A stretch of 64,000 nt of DNA, taken from Marsupella aquatica (Eukaryota > Plantae > Marchantiophyta). Under the pieces are notes generated by a model. It saw nothing but the letters and a program-made list of their open reading frames with translations. It did no database searches and had not been told where the DNA came from. Made by a program: the position numbers and the translations under genes. The stretch covers positions 5,922,476 through 5,986,475 of the forward strand of contig OZ316892.1 in assembly GCA_973895155.1 (NCBI GenBank), in the 5' to 3' direction. Positions 20,642 through 35,449 of this stretch are shown here, in pieces (position 1 is the first letter of the stretch; the number at the start of each line of letters is the position of its first letter).

Positions 20642-22632
20642 TCATGCGGTGGCTGCTTGTGAAAATCCCTCCTCGGGAGAGATCCCCCACTGTGAATGAA
20701 TCCACTTTTCAACCTCAGTGAGGTCTCGGAAGACAAGAGCACCATCGTTCTTGCAAGTCTTGGCTTCAACCGACTGAAATCGGTCCAGAAGGACAGCATG
20801 CATGCCAACGCTTTTTGCAGGCAGGTAGTCCTTCTTGTAGCTGTCTCCAATATGTAGCACCTCCCCCGGATTGGTCAAGTTGGCTCTCTCCAAAGCCAGT
20901 TCGTATATCCTGACATCTGGCTTCTCTACTCCCTCAATGCCCGAAAAGACTCCGAAATCCCACTCTGAACCCTGCACAGCGAATCGCTCCTCAATTGCAG
21001 AAATTCTATGGAGCTCTAAATTGCTTAAGATAGAGGGTTCTACCGAAATCCACCTCATACCACCACGTAGAGGTCGGTCAATCAATCAGTACCCGTTATC
21101 AAGCAGACTGCATTCTTTGTCTCTATTTATTGCCTGATTCTTCCAAGAACAACGATTAGGTCCCTTGCTCATTGTCCCAATACTGGAGCCAACTTAGTAG
21201 TCAAGGATGACTGGAATTAGTTGTGAAAAGATTACAAATGACCCCTGGTAAGAAGGAAAGGGAGATTACCTGGCGGAGGCCAAGGGAGGGTAGGATCACA
21301 TCTCGATACCGATGCTCAGCATTGCTGAGAATGCCAACCATAATCCCCTGCTTCCGAACCCATCTCAAGAATGGCTTGGCGTCCGCGAGTAGCAGATAGG
21401 GGACAGAGGATCCGAAAGTTTTATAGATGCGCAAAAAGATTTTCTCCAGTGTCTCATTGTCATAATTGTATCCCGCCTATTCATCCATCGATCCATACAC
21501 ACCAAGTCAGCTCATATTCTCACTTTAACATGGAAAACGTGTAATTGAAAAAACAAAACAAAATAACCGGATAAAGTTTTTCTCGAAAACCATTCAATGG
21601 TCGGTCTGAGCACTGTTATTTATTTACAGAGTGACGATAACACACCCAACTAAAAGTTGACTAAATTTAGATTGTTGAAATGAAGTGAAGATGCATTGGA
21701 TGGCAAAAACCGTCCACCTTCAAGAAAGTTATGCGCCTAAGAGTTTCCAATACAATGGAGTACAGTTCAAATCAGATGACAGTAGAAAACATGCGCACTA
21801 GACGAAAAATTTGCGTCCCTAAGGGGTACATAAATTACAGCCACTGTCGGGATCAGATGACAGTGAATTGATGGACGATCAGATACATCTAACGTAAACT
21901 GAATTTAGAGCGTTGTAGACATCAGAAAAAAATGCAGGAGCACACATTAGTCCCTGCCGCAAACTCCGCTCCAGGTGAGATCTCAGTCGATCACATATTC
22001 ATTCAGTTGTCCTACCACTTGGACTAAAAAACGTAATTTGACTGAGCTGGCACACGTCTACCGCATTCTAGTTACAGTTCAAGTACTCTTCGCAAGGAAG
22101 CAGCTGAAGCTGACACATTTAAGCAGGCAGTCGTCGACTACATTGTCACTATCAATTTATTGCAGAAACCGAGGAGGACACTGGTAAATAATTGTGGAGA
22201 TCGGTCGAAGCGTATTGAGACCGCACTTAGTATTCTAGATGCGTCTTCAAAGAGAGATTTATGCCCGAAGAGCTAGATAAATCGAGCAACAGTGGCGATG
22301 AGAGTAATGCAATGAAAATGAAAAAGGAGCACCTTCAAGAAAGAGTTGTGTACAACAGTCCGCCACCATTCGATGTTGGGCATGTTCACTGCAGCCCCAA
22401 AGCACGGGTGGTTCCATGCCATCTCCTGGTATGCCACCTTGAAGCCCTCGTGCATCCGCTGGTAGTCAGGACAAGGTAGACCCACTCTCTTGGCCGCCAG
22501 ACAGTAGTAGTCTCCCAAATCCCCTTTGTAAGCAATCAGTGTTCCAGTCACATCGACTGTAACACATTTGAGCTGTCCGACGGCTTGCTTGGCCACCACG
22601 GGGACTACCATTCCAGCTAGCCTACGAGCCAT
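20642..22632 (-). CDS. HAD-like hydrolase domain-containing protein 3 (HDHD3-like), 3 exons, ~278 aa
   Basis: Exons 22632-22333, 21476-21270 and 20971-20642, all phase 0. Motifs CVTVDVTGTL, GILSNAE, EGVEKPD, HIGDSYKKDYLPAKSVGM. Confidence 0.92.
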
Positions 22633-24719
22633 TGATCCCTCCCCTCCAAACTTCTCTGCCAACCCTCCACTAGCAGGAGTCACTGATAAACAGCAAGAGC
22701 TTCAAGAATTGAGATGGATGAAACCCCAGCCCAACGCAGAATGCAGAAACACTTTTAGCTGGCCAGGCATTTCCCGCTCAAAGTTTTTTACTCCGTTTTC
22801 ATTCCTTGCCCCAGTATGCTTAAGGGAGACAGAGAGAGAGGAGGAAATTAAACGGTAGACAGGGACGAAAGTACAGGAGTCAAATATCTCCGGGGCAACT
22901 GCCACTGAACCAGAAATGAAAGCAATTCTCGCGACGGAAACAAACGATCAGGAACTGGACAGGAAGCTGACAAGAAATGTTGAACACATCATCTTGGGAG
23001 TTTTAGAGAACAGAGAGGAAACGATATTGGAGAACTTCGTGAAGAGGTACAGTGAAAGACTGGAACTCCTCCAGAGAATAGCAAGCCCTGGAATTACAAC
23101 TACAACCCACTTCTCCTACGTGGAAAGGGACCCAAAGAAACCAACCTGGGGACGCTACAAGAATCATTAGAAGCACGCTCTCCCCAAGCCGGTAGGTGTG
23201 CACATCGAGATATATAGAGGAACCTTCAAGACTCCAACCAATTGATACTCAGTTAAACCACCCACAAGATTCTTAAGGCCACCCTAGCAGACTTTTCTGG
23301 TCAATGCTGTAGCGTCCGATCCTCTGTGAACTCCACTTTCTCCTTGAAGCTGGACGGATAGAAATATCGGGGAACGCTACAAAGCCCTTGGATTAGAAGC
23401 CGGCCCACTTCCTTCTGCTTTGTCCCCTCCACAACCGTCACCAACTAATTACAACACTCTACAGAGTACAAGGAGGAAGGTAACGTTCCGTCAGTACCAC
23501 AAAACAACAAAAAACGTCCCTCAGTATCATTAGCTCTCACTAGAAGCTTTCACAAGGGAAGGAGATTCAATACCCAAGTTGATCTCCTCTCCCGACCAGT
23601 TCGATGTCCCAAACGCTTCGTATGGTCCTGGCTGCTGGGTAACGCGTCTTACCATCCTTTGCTGAGTCAGATTGCACGCACCCCAGACAACCGGGAGAAG
23701 AACACCACAAGCAAATTGCTCGCCAAGCTAACCACAGGAGCATTCCTTACAGTACCATCGCGCCTACAATTCATGTGTAATGTATTCCAACGTCACTGTA
23801 CTACTCCACCATCAGTCTGCCACGACCTTTCCTAGATTTAGCGCTTCTCCCACCCAGACAGGACTCATTTGAGTACTTTGCCTCCCACTCGGCGAGAGAC
23901 AGAGAGAAGGTTTGTCCAGTACTCACCAATCCACAACCAATCCACTGAAAAGAGAGATGGCGGGGGGAGAGTACGTCTCAATCCCAGAGAAGGGAGGTAG
24001 ATAGAGAAAGGGAGTGGCGGAGACGGAGAGGTGGGGAGTTTGTGATCTCTGGCAATGTGGGACCAACTGAGGTGTCTAGCTCAATTGGCAGTAACCTCCC
24101 AGCAAGGTGAGTAGAATAATGAGAATCGTTTCGGTGGACAAATCAAGGAGATTCGTTCACGATTAAGGAGAAGGGAGGGAGGCTTTCAGACCTCGATAAA
24201 CACGATCTTGGCAGGAAGAAATCAGCTCTCCTTTCTGTAATTGTGGGCGAGAGTGTTGACCCATTTCCGATTGTTTATGAAAGAGAAAGTTCATGCGGCC
24301 CAGGATCCGTCGATTACTTCCAAAACAAAATGAGATGAGGAAGTGAGATGCCGAGATCCGTAAGAGTAAACGTAAACTACAAGTCCAGTTTCGAATTTCA
24401 GGCCCTGGCACCCAATCACTCCAGCCAGATTATAGAGCTGAGCCACTGAGGTGAGGGGACAGATCTGTGAGCTTGCACTGCAGCAGCGATTACGGATGAG
24501 ACCGATTGGCGCATAATTTCTTTTTGCGCAGCAATTCTGGCTCGAAAGACGAATTGGCGTGGACTAGAAGCTCTCGCACCAAAGATAGAAAAGGAGAGGG
24601 AAAGGTCTCACGCCTGCTAAAAGATTTCCTTTCGTCAAGAGAATTTGCAGAATACAGAACCTCGCCATTTCTTTTGCTTTACCGCCTCTTTGCACTGGGA
24701 TAGTAACGAGAGGGAATAA

Positions 24720-26220
24720 TATGTGTAGGGTAACTCATCCCCAAGAGCGGGTACTGGGCTGTAATCCCGAGGGGTTACAGCTGCCAGAGGGGGTTACAGC
24801 AGTTATCCCCAAGTGGGTATGAGTACTGAGCGAACTTTTACACAGCATTCAGTCCAATTTTACATAAGAAACGTCTAATCTGACAGTGTATGCCACTTGC
24901 ACTTTATTTTATTTCTCATTCAAAGTTAGTAAATCCTGTCAGGAGAAGAGGTTACCGGTATGTAACCATTTCTACAGGGGCCTGCTATAGTCATAATCTG
25001 GTGTCCTGAAAAGTTGAGTCGGTAACATCTTTCCGGGCAGGAGTTACGTATGCTAATGCAGGGCAGGGCTGGGGTTATAGACTGTAACCTGCTCCCGGAA
25101 TATTCAACGAAGTTTCCCGGCTGCTGCCGGTCAGTTTCTTTTCATATTCCGGACGCAAGGTTACAGCAACCCTATGCCCAGACCTGCATTACCCTATACA
25201 TAATCCCCTGTCCAGGCTGGGCCAGGAGTTGGGCGGCTTCACCTAAGGGTAATGCTTCACAACCTTGTACACACATACAAAAGAGAAAAATTCAGGAAGG
25301 GTTTAAGTATAGAATAATGATGGTGTTGGCAAGGGGTTAGTAGGATGTTACTGGAGAGTGAAGAAAAGTAGAGGAGAAGCTTTTCTGAGCATTTGGGGAG
25401 ACTAGAATCCCAGCCCACACCATCTTTATATTATGTAAACCCAATACTGATAAAAGTTACCTATCATGAGTTTCCAGGTAATAGATTATCTATGGAAATA
25501 GCAAGTTAAAAAGATGGACTCTTTGCCTGATAGGGGTAACGGGATGTAAATCCCTAAGGGCCGTGAGCTTTCTCCCCAAGCGGGGATGAGTTACCAAGTT
25601 TAAGCCCCAAATGAATTTTTGAAACATTCACCTCTCTTTTACATCGCAAAATTTTCTTCGGCCACTAGTTGCCATTGGCACCTTACTTGTATTCTCATTC
25701 AAATTAGAGAATCCCCAGGTCAGGCTGGCACAGGGACTACTTGGCTCACCCAGATGGTAGTGCCTTATAACCTTCTGTAGATATACAAAGATAAATACAC
25801 AAGGGGTTTAAATGTCAGGTAACCCCTGGCCTAAAGGGGTTATGGGCTCTAATCCTATCCCTGAGGGCGGAGCGTAGGGTAGCCTATTCTCGAAAGGGGG
25901 TTATGGTCTATTATTGCCAGGGCGGAGAGCCCAAGGGGGTTACAGTCATGGGGCCCCCAAGTGGCCATCAATTAACAAGCATAAGCCCCGAGTGTAATTT
26001 TACTGTATTTTGACCTCACTGAAAAATGCACCTGAAATTGGATAATCCTCAAGGCTGGCTAGCGACAAGGGCCAAAATCTCATAATCCTTGGGCCAGGCT
26101 AGTAGGGGGTAATGACTCATAACCATCATCCCATAGAAATACAAAGAGAAAACTACATGAGGGGCTTATGTTACTCTAAGTGAAACTTGCATGATAGTGC
26201 TCGGTTACGAGGTTACCACA
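24720..26220. repeat. Degenerate internally repeated region rich in GGGGTTA/TAACCCC motifs, probably a non-autonomous TE
   Basis: Repeated blocks CCCCAAG(T/C)GGG.ATGAGT (24807, 25574), TTCTCATTCAAA (24913, 25692) and ATACAAAG(A)..AAA...AGGGG (25275, 25784, 26140). No coding signal. Confidence 0.5.
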
Positions 26221-29200
26221 CAGCAAGACCAAGTCCTCAATAAGAGCATCTCCAGCACTTTACTATCTTGGACACTCCATCCCACATGTTGGCAAGGTTG
26301 GCTGACAATCACAAAAGATTGGTCATCCTTATTTTCTCGCATTTTCCTGTCGTTTTGGCAAACCTCACCCCAATACTCTTACCACAAGTTCAAACCCAGA
26401 CAGGAAAGGTTGGAATCAACCTCATGTCCCACGTAGTCCACTCTCATCCAATATATGAAAATGTGAATTCTCAATGTTGTGCCCATTTCTCATTTCAAGA
26501 AGTCAAGCTTCACTGGCCAATGTGCACTACCGTCCAATATGATTCTTAGGTACTCTTGTAGACATGCATCTTGGTAATTTTTGTATACTGGTAGACACGA
26601 TCAATTCTTTGGAGGAGTGAAGGGGAAAACAAATTTAATTGAGCTGTGCAATTGTGCTATTGTGTGACACAATTGGTGCCATAGGTGGTGTGTTAACTCA
26701 AGAGTCAAGACCTCCTCCCATGCCACCTGTATAGTTGTGGGACCTACTATCTACAACAACTTTCAACTCTGCACTTTTGCACTTTGAAGTATGGAGAGTT
26801 CTTCACCCTTCCTTAAATTTTCACATTGCACGCTTTCTCGGGCTCAATGTTATATTCATTTTAAAGCTCTTGTTTAATTTGCTCTACATTTCTGTCCAAG
26901 TGATTTTCAAAGATAAAAGGCCAATCTTTACGTTGTGCAGTGTATCAAGTTCAATTTAGACACACTTTATATGTAGAACATTGATGCACAATTGCTTCAA
27001 CTCTCCTGTTGTATAGTTCTTCACTTGACTAGATGTCATCTTTGCAATTGCCACAAGGAATTCTGGGACTGCACAGGCGATCAACAGTGGAGCTTGAAGC
27101 TACAAAGCCCTCACAGAGTTTTGTGTTGCACTAATCAGGAAATCATCTATATGGAAGAATGAACTTGATAGGGGCTTCGCGGGAATGATGTAATCTTAAA
27201 GATCTCTAGTGATGCATGGCCAACATTTGGTTCAGTGCTGTGTTTGGGGATGAATCGGAGGAAATATTTGGCAGGTGCTATCTTGCTCAAAAAGTAGTGG
27301 CCCCAAAAAACAAATATCAGGTTGCACGGCCATCTATGTATTTATTTACAGATCCCGGTGCATCAGGGAAGGACAAGGAATCAACGCCCTCAAGCCATGT
27401 TCTTTGGTGGATGTAGATTCATGACAGCCTACAACATGGATCTAACATGGTGTAGCATCCCCTTTGAGATCTGCATGGGCTTAGCATAAAGTTGATGATG
27501 TTGACTTAACCCACAGGTGGGTGTTGTGACTGGCTCGAACTGTGTACCCTGGGTTAAGGTTGCCAATCAAAACCCTGACCAAAACCCAATTTCAGGCTAG
27601 CAAACAGAAATTTCCTGCAAGGGCTAACAAAAAAAACCTTGGAACAAGTGGTTTGAGACACCCTCGTAAGTTGTTTGCAAAAGAGAAGAGCTTGAGTTCC
27701 AATAAATCTTGTTGACATTACATTTAGCTCAAGGCAGGCTTGGAGTAAGATATGTGCAGTCTACTACAATTTTGAAAAATGTTTGACTCCACAAATCTAA
27801 TCAATGTAAGTTACATTGTTTGTAACAAGTGTGACACCCCAAATCTACCAACATTTTGTCATAACGGCTTTTAGGTATATAAAATAATATTAAAAACAAA
27901 ATGCCTATTCAAATGCTCTTAGTTTAGTTCTTTCCACTGGAAATGAAAACTTTTGCTATTGTGAGAGGCTTTCCATCATTTTGTGCTTGAGCGAGATGGA
28001 TGCAGAATTGGTCCATGCAGCACCAGAGGACAGCAACATATTGGGGAGAAAATTTAGTCAGCTCAAAGTAGTCACTAGTGCGTATGCTCTTTGTTCTTAA
28101 ACTGGGACTTTAATTCTTCTCTAGTGAACTTCCTTTGAACTCTTTAGCTAGCTTTTAGCATCTCAAGTTTGCTACCTAGTATAGATGCTTGCAGTTTACA
28201 TCCAATCATGCAAGTCTTTAATTGTTTGAGAATTTTTGAGTACATCCACAACGACAACGTACCTGCCCAGATTAGTATGATTAGGGTTCATTTTCCTTGA
28301 GATTGCTTTTCTTGCTTAATGTTCCTATTGCATTCATTTGGGACGCAAAGCATGGGAGCTCGAGGTGCAATAGTGCTCATGATGGAACAAGAGTCTTCCA
28401 GGCCATGACTATTGAAGCAAAGAGTTACTGTTTGTCTTTGTTTGCCTCTCGCATATTTTGTCCTGTTACGCATTCCAAGCTGAATTTTTTGCTCTCTTTT
28501 GCATTTGCTCTTTGGGTGGGTTTCAACGTATCAACGAGGGCTTTTCCTTCTTTTGAATTGACATAGGCTTCCTCTTGCTCTCCAAAAAGAGTCATAAGCT
28601 TGTATGGGATTTCCATCCAAACCTTTGAACTTAGATCCATCTCAAAATTCTGTTGGTACACACAAACTAAAAAACGTCAAAAATTTCTTCGCTCAAAAGT
28701 AATGTATTTGCTTATTCTAAAAACATTTGTTAGCTAAGATGCAAGTTGCCTCAGACCCCATCCAAACTTAGGACTCCTAACCAAGCAAAAAGTGTAAAAC
28801 AGATAACCAATTGGAGATTATAACTCTCCAAACCCTTAAAAGAGATTATTTCTCACATTTTTGTAGATTCCATCCCAGAAATCCTTTGCACTACGATGGA
28901 ATCTCCAAAATGCTGTGTGTATGAACTCAAGGTTTCTCACTCTTATATTCGTGTCATCGTAGCTAAAATGCATCTACAACTATAATGCTTTATCCCACCA
29001 AATAGGTTGGACCATGTACAAACTCATAAAAAGGTGGGAACCAATCATGATCCTTCATCAAAATAATGTGTTTTTGACAACGTCAGATATACCCGTACAC
29101 CTCATCTATAATAGATGCTTGCTGAAGGGCACATACACCCCATCTAAAATATATGCCTGCCCAAGCTGCTCTTCAGCCTGACCACACTTCCCCAAGATAA

Positions 29201-29539
29201 AAACTTCTTCTTAATCATCTTCTTCTTGTCCTTCTTCTTATTCATCTTCTTATTTTTTTGAATATAAATACAGTAAATATAGAAAACATTTATTTTTCTA
29301 AATATTTAAAACTAAAAATTAATACTTTTCCTTTCTCTTGAGAGTTATAACCAAGGGCCCTCAATCCAAGGGTTATGGTCGGTTATGCTTGGACTCTATG
29401 ATGCAATTGCCGTTATCTCACATCTTCAATTTCTATGTGCAATGCACGAGTTATTGAACATGATGACAACCACTGTATGGTCCGGATCACACATAACATG
29501 TCTCTACAACTACATCATAAAGCTTATATGTTTTTGCCT

Positions 29540-30065
29540 CATCCTGACATCTTTTCTCGCCTTGACATATTTTTCTAATCTTTACATATCAATATATTTA
29601 GTCTCAATATCTTTACCTTGCCTTTGACATCTTCTTTTCATCTTGTCATTTTTTTTCTCACAATATCTTTATCTCACCATGCCATTTTTTTCTCACCCTT
29701 GACATCTTTTATTTTCTCTTTCTCTTTTCTCTTTTCTCTTCTCTTCTTGCCATCTTTTCTCTCAAGTTCTTTTCTCACCTGGCTTGATATATTTTCCTAA
29801 CCTTGACATCTTTTCTCACCTGGATTTCTTATCTTTTTCTCACCTTGAATCAAAATCTTTTCCTCACACCAGGTCTTTGATTCCCTCCCCCTGGATGTCT
29901 TTTTTCTCGTTGACTCATTTTTCTTATCTTTACATATATTTCTCACCTTGAGATGTATTTCTCACCTCAATTTAGTTTTCTCACCTTGATATGTTGTTTT
30001 CTTATATGCATATTTTTTTCACTTTGTCATCTTTTCCTGACCTCAACAGTTTTTAACCTCAACAT
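29540..30065. repeat. Pyrimidine-rich low-complexity repeat (TTTTCTCACCTTGACATC-like units)
   Basis: Many degenerate copies of TTTTCTCACCT(T/G)GA. Confidence 0.7.
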
Positions 30066-30452
30066 CCGCATCAGCCTCATGTTTCAATAAATCCCGTGTA
30101 AGCTTAAAATGCCATCCACGCAAAACGTTTAGGATGGAGGTCTCATCCGAGTGTATAGCGCGTTTTTCGGGTTCATGAAATCACAAACGCGAGTCGGCAG
30201 TGTGATCCTGGACGTCCGTATAACGAACGATCTGGGCCGTCGGGCCTAGGGCTGCCCACTCAAGCCAGGGTTTGAGTCTGGACGTCTCTCCGCTCTCTCT
30301 CTCTTTCGACTCTTTGAGTCTCTCCTCACAACTTAGCCTCTCTTTCCTCTTGTTCTTCGGGATCGAGCTCGACCGCACAGGACGCAGCGGCAGAGCAGGC
30401 AGGCAGCAGCAGATCGAATCGCTATCGAGAGGAGCGACATCAGACTGCAACG

Positions 30453-31639
30453 ATGAGGTGAGCGATAACTTTTTGAAGTGTTTTTCGTGTGTCGAAGAAA
30501 TTGTAGACTTTGGGTGTGCTGAGAGATGGATTTTCTTCGCTTTTGCGACTGCGCGCGCACTTTCAGCCTGCGGTCGAAATAGAGGAAATGGTTTCTGATG
30601 GGGTGATTTGGTTTTGGGGATTGCAGTAAGCTTCAGAGTGATGTCCTTAGGGAAGCCATCACCCAGATAGTGACGGAATCTAAGGAGAAGAACCGGAAGT
30701 TCGTCGAGACAGTTGAGCTGCAAATTGGGCTCAAGAACTATGACCCTCAAAAAGACAAGCGTTTCAGCGGTTCCGTCAAGTTACCTCATGTCCCTCGCCC
30801 GAAAATGAAGGTCTGCATGCTCGGAGACGCTCAGCATGTGGAAGAGGTGAAGTCCCAACTAACCCTAATTTATTCGTCATACGGCTGATTAGCTGCGAGT
30901 TGTTTAAACTGATCCTTGTGATTTTTGTCGACTGTTGGATTCCCGCCCCGTTTTACTGAAGTTTGTCTTCGGCAGGAGAATTTCCGTGTCAATTTAGTTT
31001 TTCCCTCGTGTCAGGCAGACAATGCGTGGACGGTCTCGTTTTTCTGTCGTTTGTCGAACGAATTAGGAGGAACTCAAACATTGTACGTAATGCAGGCAGA
31101 GAAGCTCGGTCTTGACTACATGGATATCGAGAGCCTTAAGAAGATGAATAAGAACAAGAAGCTTGTTAAGAAGCTCGCGAAGAAATATCATGCTTTCTTG
31201 GCTTCCGAGGCAGTCATCAAGCAGATTCCCCGTCTGTTGGGTCCAGGTTTGAACAAGGCTGGAAAGTTTCCTGCTCTCGTATCACATCAGGAATCTTTGG
31301 AGGCTAAGGTTAACGAGACAAAGGCCATGGTCAAGTTCCAGCTGAAGAAGGTTCTGTGCATGGGAGTTGCTGTCGGAAATCTCGAGATGGACGAGAAGCA
31401 AATCTTTTCAAACACCCAGCTGAGCGTGAATTTCTTGGTGTCCCTTCTCAAGAAGAACTGGCAAAACGTAAGTGTTTCATAAGAAATGTCGATGATTATT
31501 TGGATTAGTCATGGGGCGTTTCATGCTGTAATTGCTTGCTTGTGAGGCTCTTCGTTGGCTTACGACAGTGGGACTGTTATTGCAGGTGAGGGTGTTGTAC
31601 CTCAAGACCTCCATGGGAAAGCCTGTGCGCGTGTATTAG
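30453..31639 (+). CDS. RPL10A: 60S ribosomal protein L10a (uL1), 4 exons, 216 aa
   Basis: Exons 30453-30457, 30627-30846, 31096-31467 and 31586-31639 sum to 651 nt. [13 protein letters not shown]...[22 protein letters not shown]...[21 protein letters not shown]. Confidence 0.98.
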
Positions 31640-33578
31640 TTCGGTGTAGCACATCATCGTTAATTCTACCACTTTTTTGTAGGTAAACAGAGTTGTCCTG
31701 TCTGTCAGGGTTTCACCGTGAATTTGTCAGTGGTCTCAAGACTTCATCTTGAGGGTGGTTAACAGACTTGAGTTGTCCCCATTCTCTTATGATTTTCGAA
31801 TTATGGAAGAAAATCATCGTTACTTTGAAGCCTTCAGATCCATTGCAGATACTCATCAATCCAAAATATAGCTACAGTATCATGGTGTTTGTGCTGTCTC
31901 CTTATGGGTTGATCAGGTGAACCCAAGTACTTCAGTCTTGGGGTTTTTGGTCCTGGTTATCATTCGTGAGGGGGCCATCTTTACACCGTTCGCGGGAGCA
32001 GCTGGTCTGACATGCGTGCCTCCAGGCAGTCTCACAGCCAAGAGGAGGTTATGGGTGTCTTGCAAGCAAAACAAGTAATGTAAATGGAAGTGGATCCTAA
32101 GAATGTTCTGTAGTCTGTCGTGTTGTATGAGAAATTGAGAATGATTTGTTACATTTGCTGCAAGTGAGCGTATCACTTATTAGATTTTAAGCAATTCCTG
32201 TTGAATGGTTCCTCGAGGAATCGTCGAGACCGTAGCCTCCGAATAATCTCTAGGCTAATAGTTTCCTCGTTGCAAGTGTACCTCTTTTGGTCTCCCTCCG
32301 AATAATCTCTACGCTAATGGTTTAGCAATGTGACCTAAATAGATAAGATACAGTGTATATCTCATCCTGGCTTCCTGTTACATCTATTTTAAGAGTACAA
32401 AATGGTAAGATACGGTGTATATTTCTGAAGCACTGATGGGGGTTCAGTTTCAGAGATGGATTTGACCTAATCTCACCGTGAATTCCATTTGAGAGGAACT
32501 TAAATCTGTGTGGATTTTGCCCATCCGATTAAGGCTTGGGTTGTGAACCAGGTCAATGTACGTGCCTGAGATTTAGGGTGCCTCCCGCTTAGCACCCGCA
32601 CATGAAGGAATGGATCATAAGCACATGATGGAATGGATTGTCGGTGCTACTTTACTTGACAGTGTTTTCCTCAGTCTAGCATTCATGAGTGCGATTCATT
32701 ACCACTCGATTGTTGTCCTTGACATTAACCGAACAAGGTGCTGCACAGAATAGTCTTGAATTGCCTTCGAGTGAAGCCATTGTCGAGGCGAAGGTACATA
32801 CATCAAATCTGAGGTTTTAGGAGTCGAAATCTGCCACGATCCAAAAAAATGTTATGCAACCCAATTCGTTGATCGAAATGATTGAGCTGCGCATGTGCAG
32901 GGAACTGATTGAGCCAGCAGTAACCTAACCCAAGTAACTGCGGAATATGCAATACTGAAGTTGGGAGGAGAATTTCTTCAACACCAAACATTGAATTCAA
33001 AGAGCGTGTGCAGAACGAGTAGAGTCGGAGTGAAGTTCAGCTTGGTGACTACCCATAACCACTCACGAGAGTTGAGCACACCAAATTCGGATGGACCTAC
33101 CGCCTAAACTCCGTGCCTGGGCCCTCTTTTCCCAATGTTCTAAGAATCGTCTGCCACTGTACTAGATGCGTACTTCGCCATTTTAGGGTAAACCTGACCT
33201 GATTCTGGTTTAAGCAATAGCAGATTCACCCTCGTTGCAATTGATTTCTGTGTGAATTCTCAGCAAGCACAACCCTGACGTACCATCCTGGTAGGAATGT
33301 GTTAGCTTGAACAGCATCCAACAGGATAAGATCTAACTGACTTCAGAGCTAAGAGATCATCAGCGGGAAAGCAAGCCTAAAACAACACAACACTTACAAA
33401 TCCAACTTCCAACAATATGGTCTCATATACATCGGAGCCATAACAAGTTCAAACTTACCCCCTCTTGTGTAGGCCAGCACCTTTGGTTTCAAGAGTGACA
33501 TTGGTTTTGAGTTTCTTTCATGTTCTGTAGCAATTGTGAGATTGAATCATTTTTTTTTTTCGTATTTAGGGACTTGCT

Positions 33579-33776
33579 TTCCAGTTTACTTGAGTGTCGC
33601 AACCCCATCACTGATCAATCCCTAGTTTCAGGTACCAATCGCTCCATTAGTCGTTTGCATACAGAACCTGAGCGAGGTTCCAGTTTACTTGAGTGTCGCA
33701 ACCCCATCACTGATCAATCCCTAGTTTCAGGTACCAATCGCTCCATTAGTCGTTTGCAAACAGAACCTGAGCGAGG
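33579..33776. repeat. Near-perfect 99-bp tandem duplication
   Basis: Two copies (33579-33677 and 33678-33776) differing at one visible base (TTGCAT/TTGCAA). Confidence 0.95.
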
Positions 33777-35449
33777 CCATCGAGATGACTCAGTGGGCTG
33801 CTGAGTTGAAAAGGTTGCAGCAAGGTCTCAGCAAGGTTGCCAAGAGAAAAAGTGACCTAGTGAGGTGAGCCGATTGAAAATTTTCCATCACATTGAGGCT
33901 GCCATGAGAAAAAGTCATCCAGTGAGTGTCACTCCAGAGGACATTTGGCTGATTGGAATGCCTGATAGCAAATGATAGCAACTGAACCTCCAACAGAACA
34001 CCAACATTAGAATGTTGTGCACTAGCTTGCCAAGATGCTACTGCAACTTATTTCAGGGATTCACTTGTCAGATGGAAAGTGAATGGAGGGTATGGAGCAC
34101 CCTAGATCTTAGTGTGGGAATCCTCCGATAGATGCACCGTCTAGTTAATCTATGGTTAACCCTAACTTAATTGGTGATGCTGCTGTCTCCCATGATACTA
34201 CAAGGCAGGTTGGTCAGAGCCATTTATCTAGCACTAGATCTTCATCAACTGTTTGTCTACGCAACCTTGCCCTAACTTAAACTGTAGCTTAGTTAGTGTG
34301 TAACTAGGGTAGTTGTGTAAATCCAAGGTGTGGTTAAGGCATAGATGGCAAGATATTAGGCTCATTGGAAAACTCAGGGTCTCTCAGTTGTCAATGAAAT
34401 TAGATGATATTAGGCTCATTGGAAAACTCTTTCCAAGCAGCTTCTACAGAACACAAGAAATAATATTCCACGGGAGATATTTAATGTCAAAGTTAGATGC
34501 TAACAGAATTTTGGAAACGAACCAAGGTAGAAACAAACCATATAAAGTGTTTCTCATTTCTTCTGTCTTCCTGTGTTTCTCATTTGTTGTTTAGCATAAA
34601 CTAATCCAACTCCTTTCGATCTACCAGAGACCAAGACAGAAGTAGTGGCAGGCCACAATGGGGAATATTCTGCTACGGGGTTTGCTACTTTGGGGGAGTA
34701 TGGTACTAATAAAGGGCAATGCAAAGCTACTTTTGAGAGCTATTGTGTAGAGTGAAACTTTTGAGAGCTATTGTGTAGAGTGAAATCTCTGGACACTAAC
34801 TCTCAGCAATATTAAGGACACAACAGAAAAGTAGAGTGGACAAAAAAGCTAGACATAAATGAACCAAAAATAATACAATCAAATTTAATTGCAGGATTCC
34901 CTATGTTCAAGGACTGGCAATAACCAAATTAGGGGTGAGGGTGAAAAATGGGGATGGGGGTGGAGCAGTGCCCGCAGTAGTGCACCACACTTGAAAATAG
35001 GACTGCCCGTGAAGAGAGTGGGTGGATGAAGAGAGTGGGTGTAGTAGGGCCCACATGTGAAGAGAGGCTATGTATTAGGGAGGTGCCTGTGAAGAGGTCA
35101 GCTCAAGGGTTGGCGGCTATGGTGAAATGGCCAGCTCTTAGCTTTGGTCAGCTGCTGTCACCTAGGGTCTATTCATGATCAAAGAAAGGGGGACTCGGGC
35201 TAGTGCTAATATGATCTTAATGAGAGTAATAAGGTTAGTAATGTACTTAAGGTCCATCTAATTTTGAGGTTTGAGACCCCCTAGTCTATCCGCTGATGGA
35301 CTGTAGAATGATGTCTTGCGTGATCGAGTGTTTGTTAAATTGTTTCCTTTCTTTGTATTGCCTTCTCTTTGGATTTTCATCCTCCGTTGCTTTGCGCTTT
35401 TCTCATTGTCAAATCAAATTAAAATTGTCGTGGAGTCGGAAAAATGACC

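Noticed and set aside
22916-24700. Short ORF 22916-23170 and neighbouring sequence as a gene or gag remnant
   Set aside because: No recognisable domain or consistent exon chain.
26250-28700. Decayed transposase remnant
   Set aside because: Only vague coding-like texture; no motif I can support.
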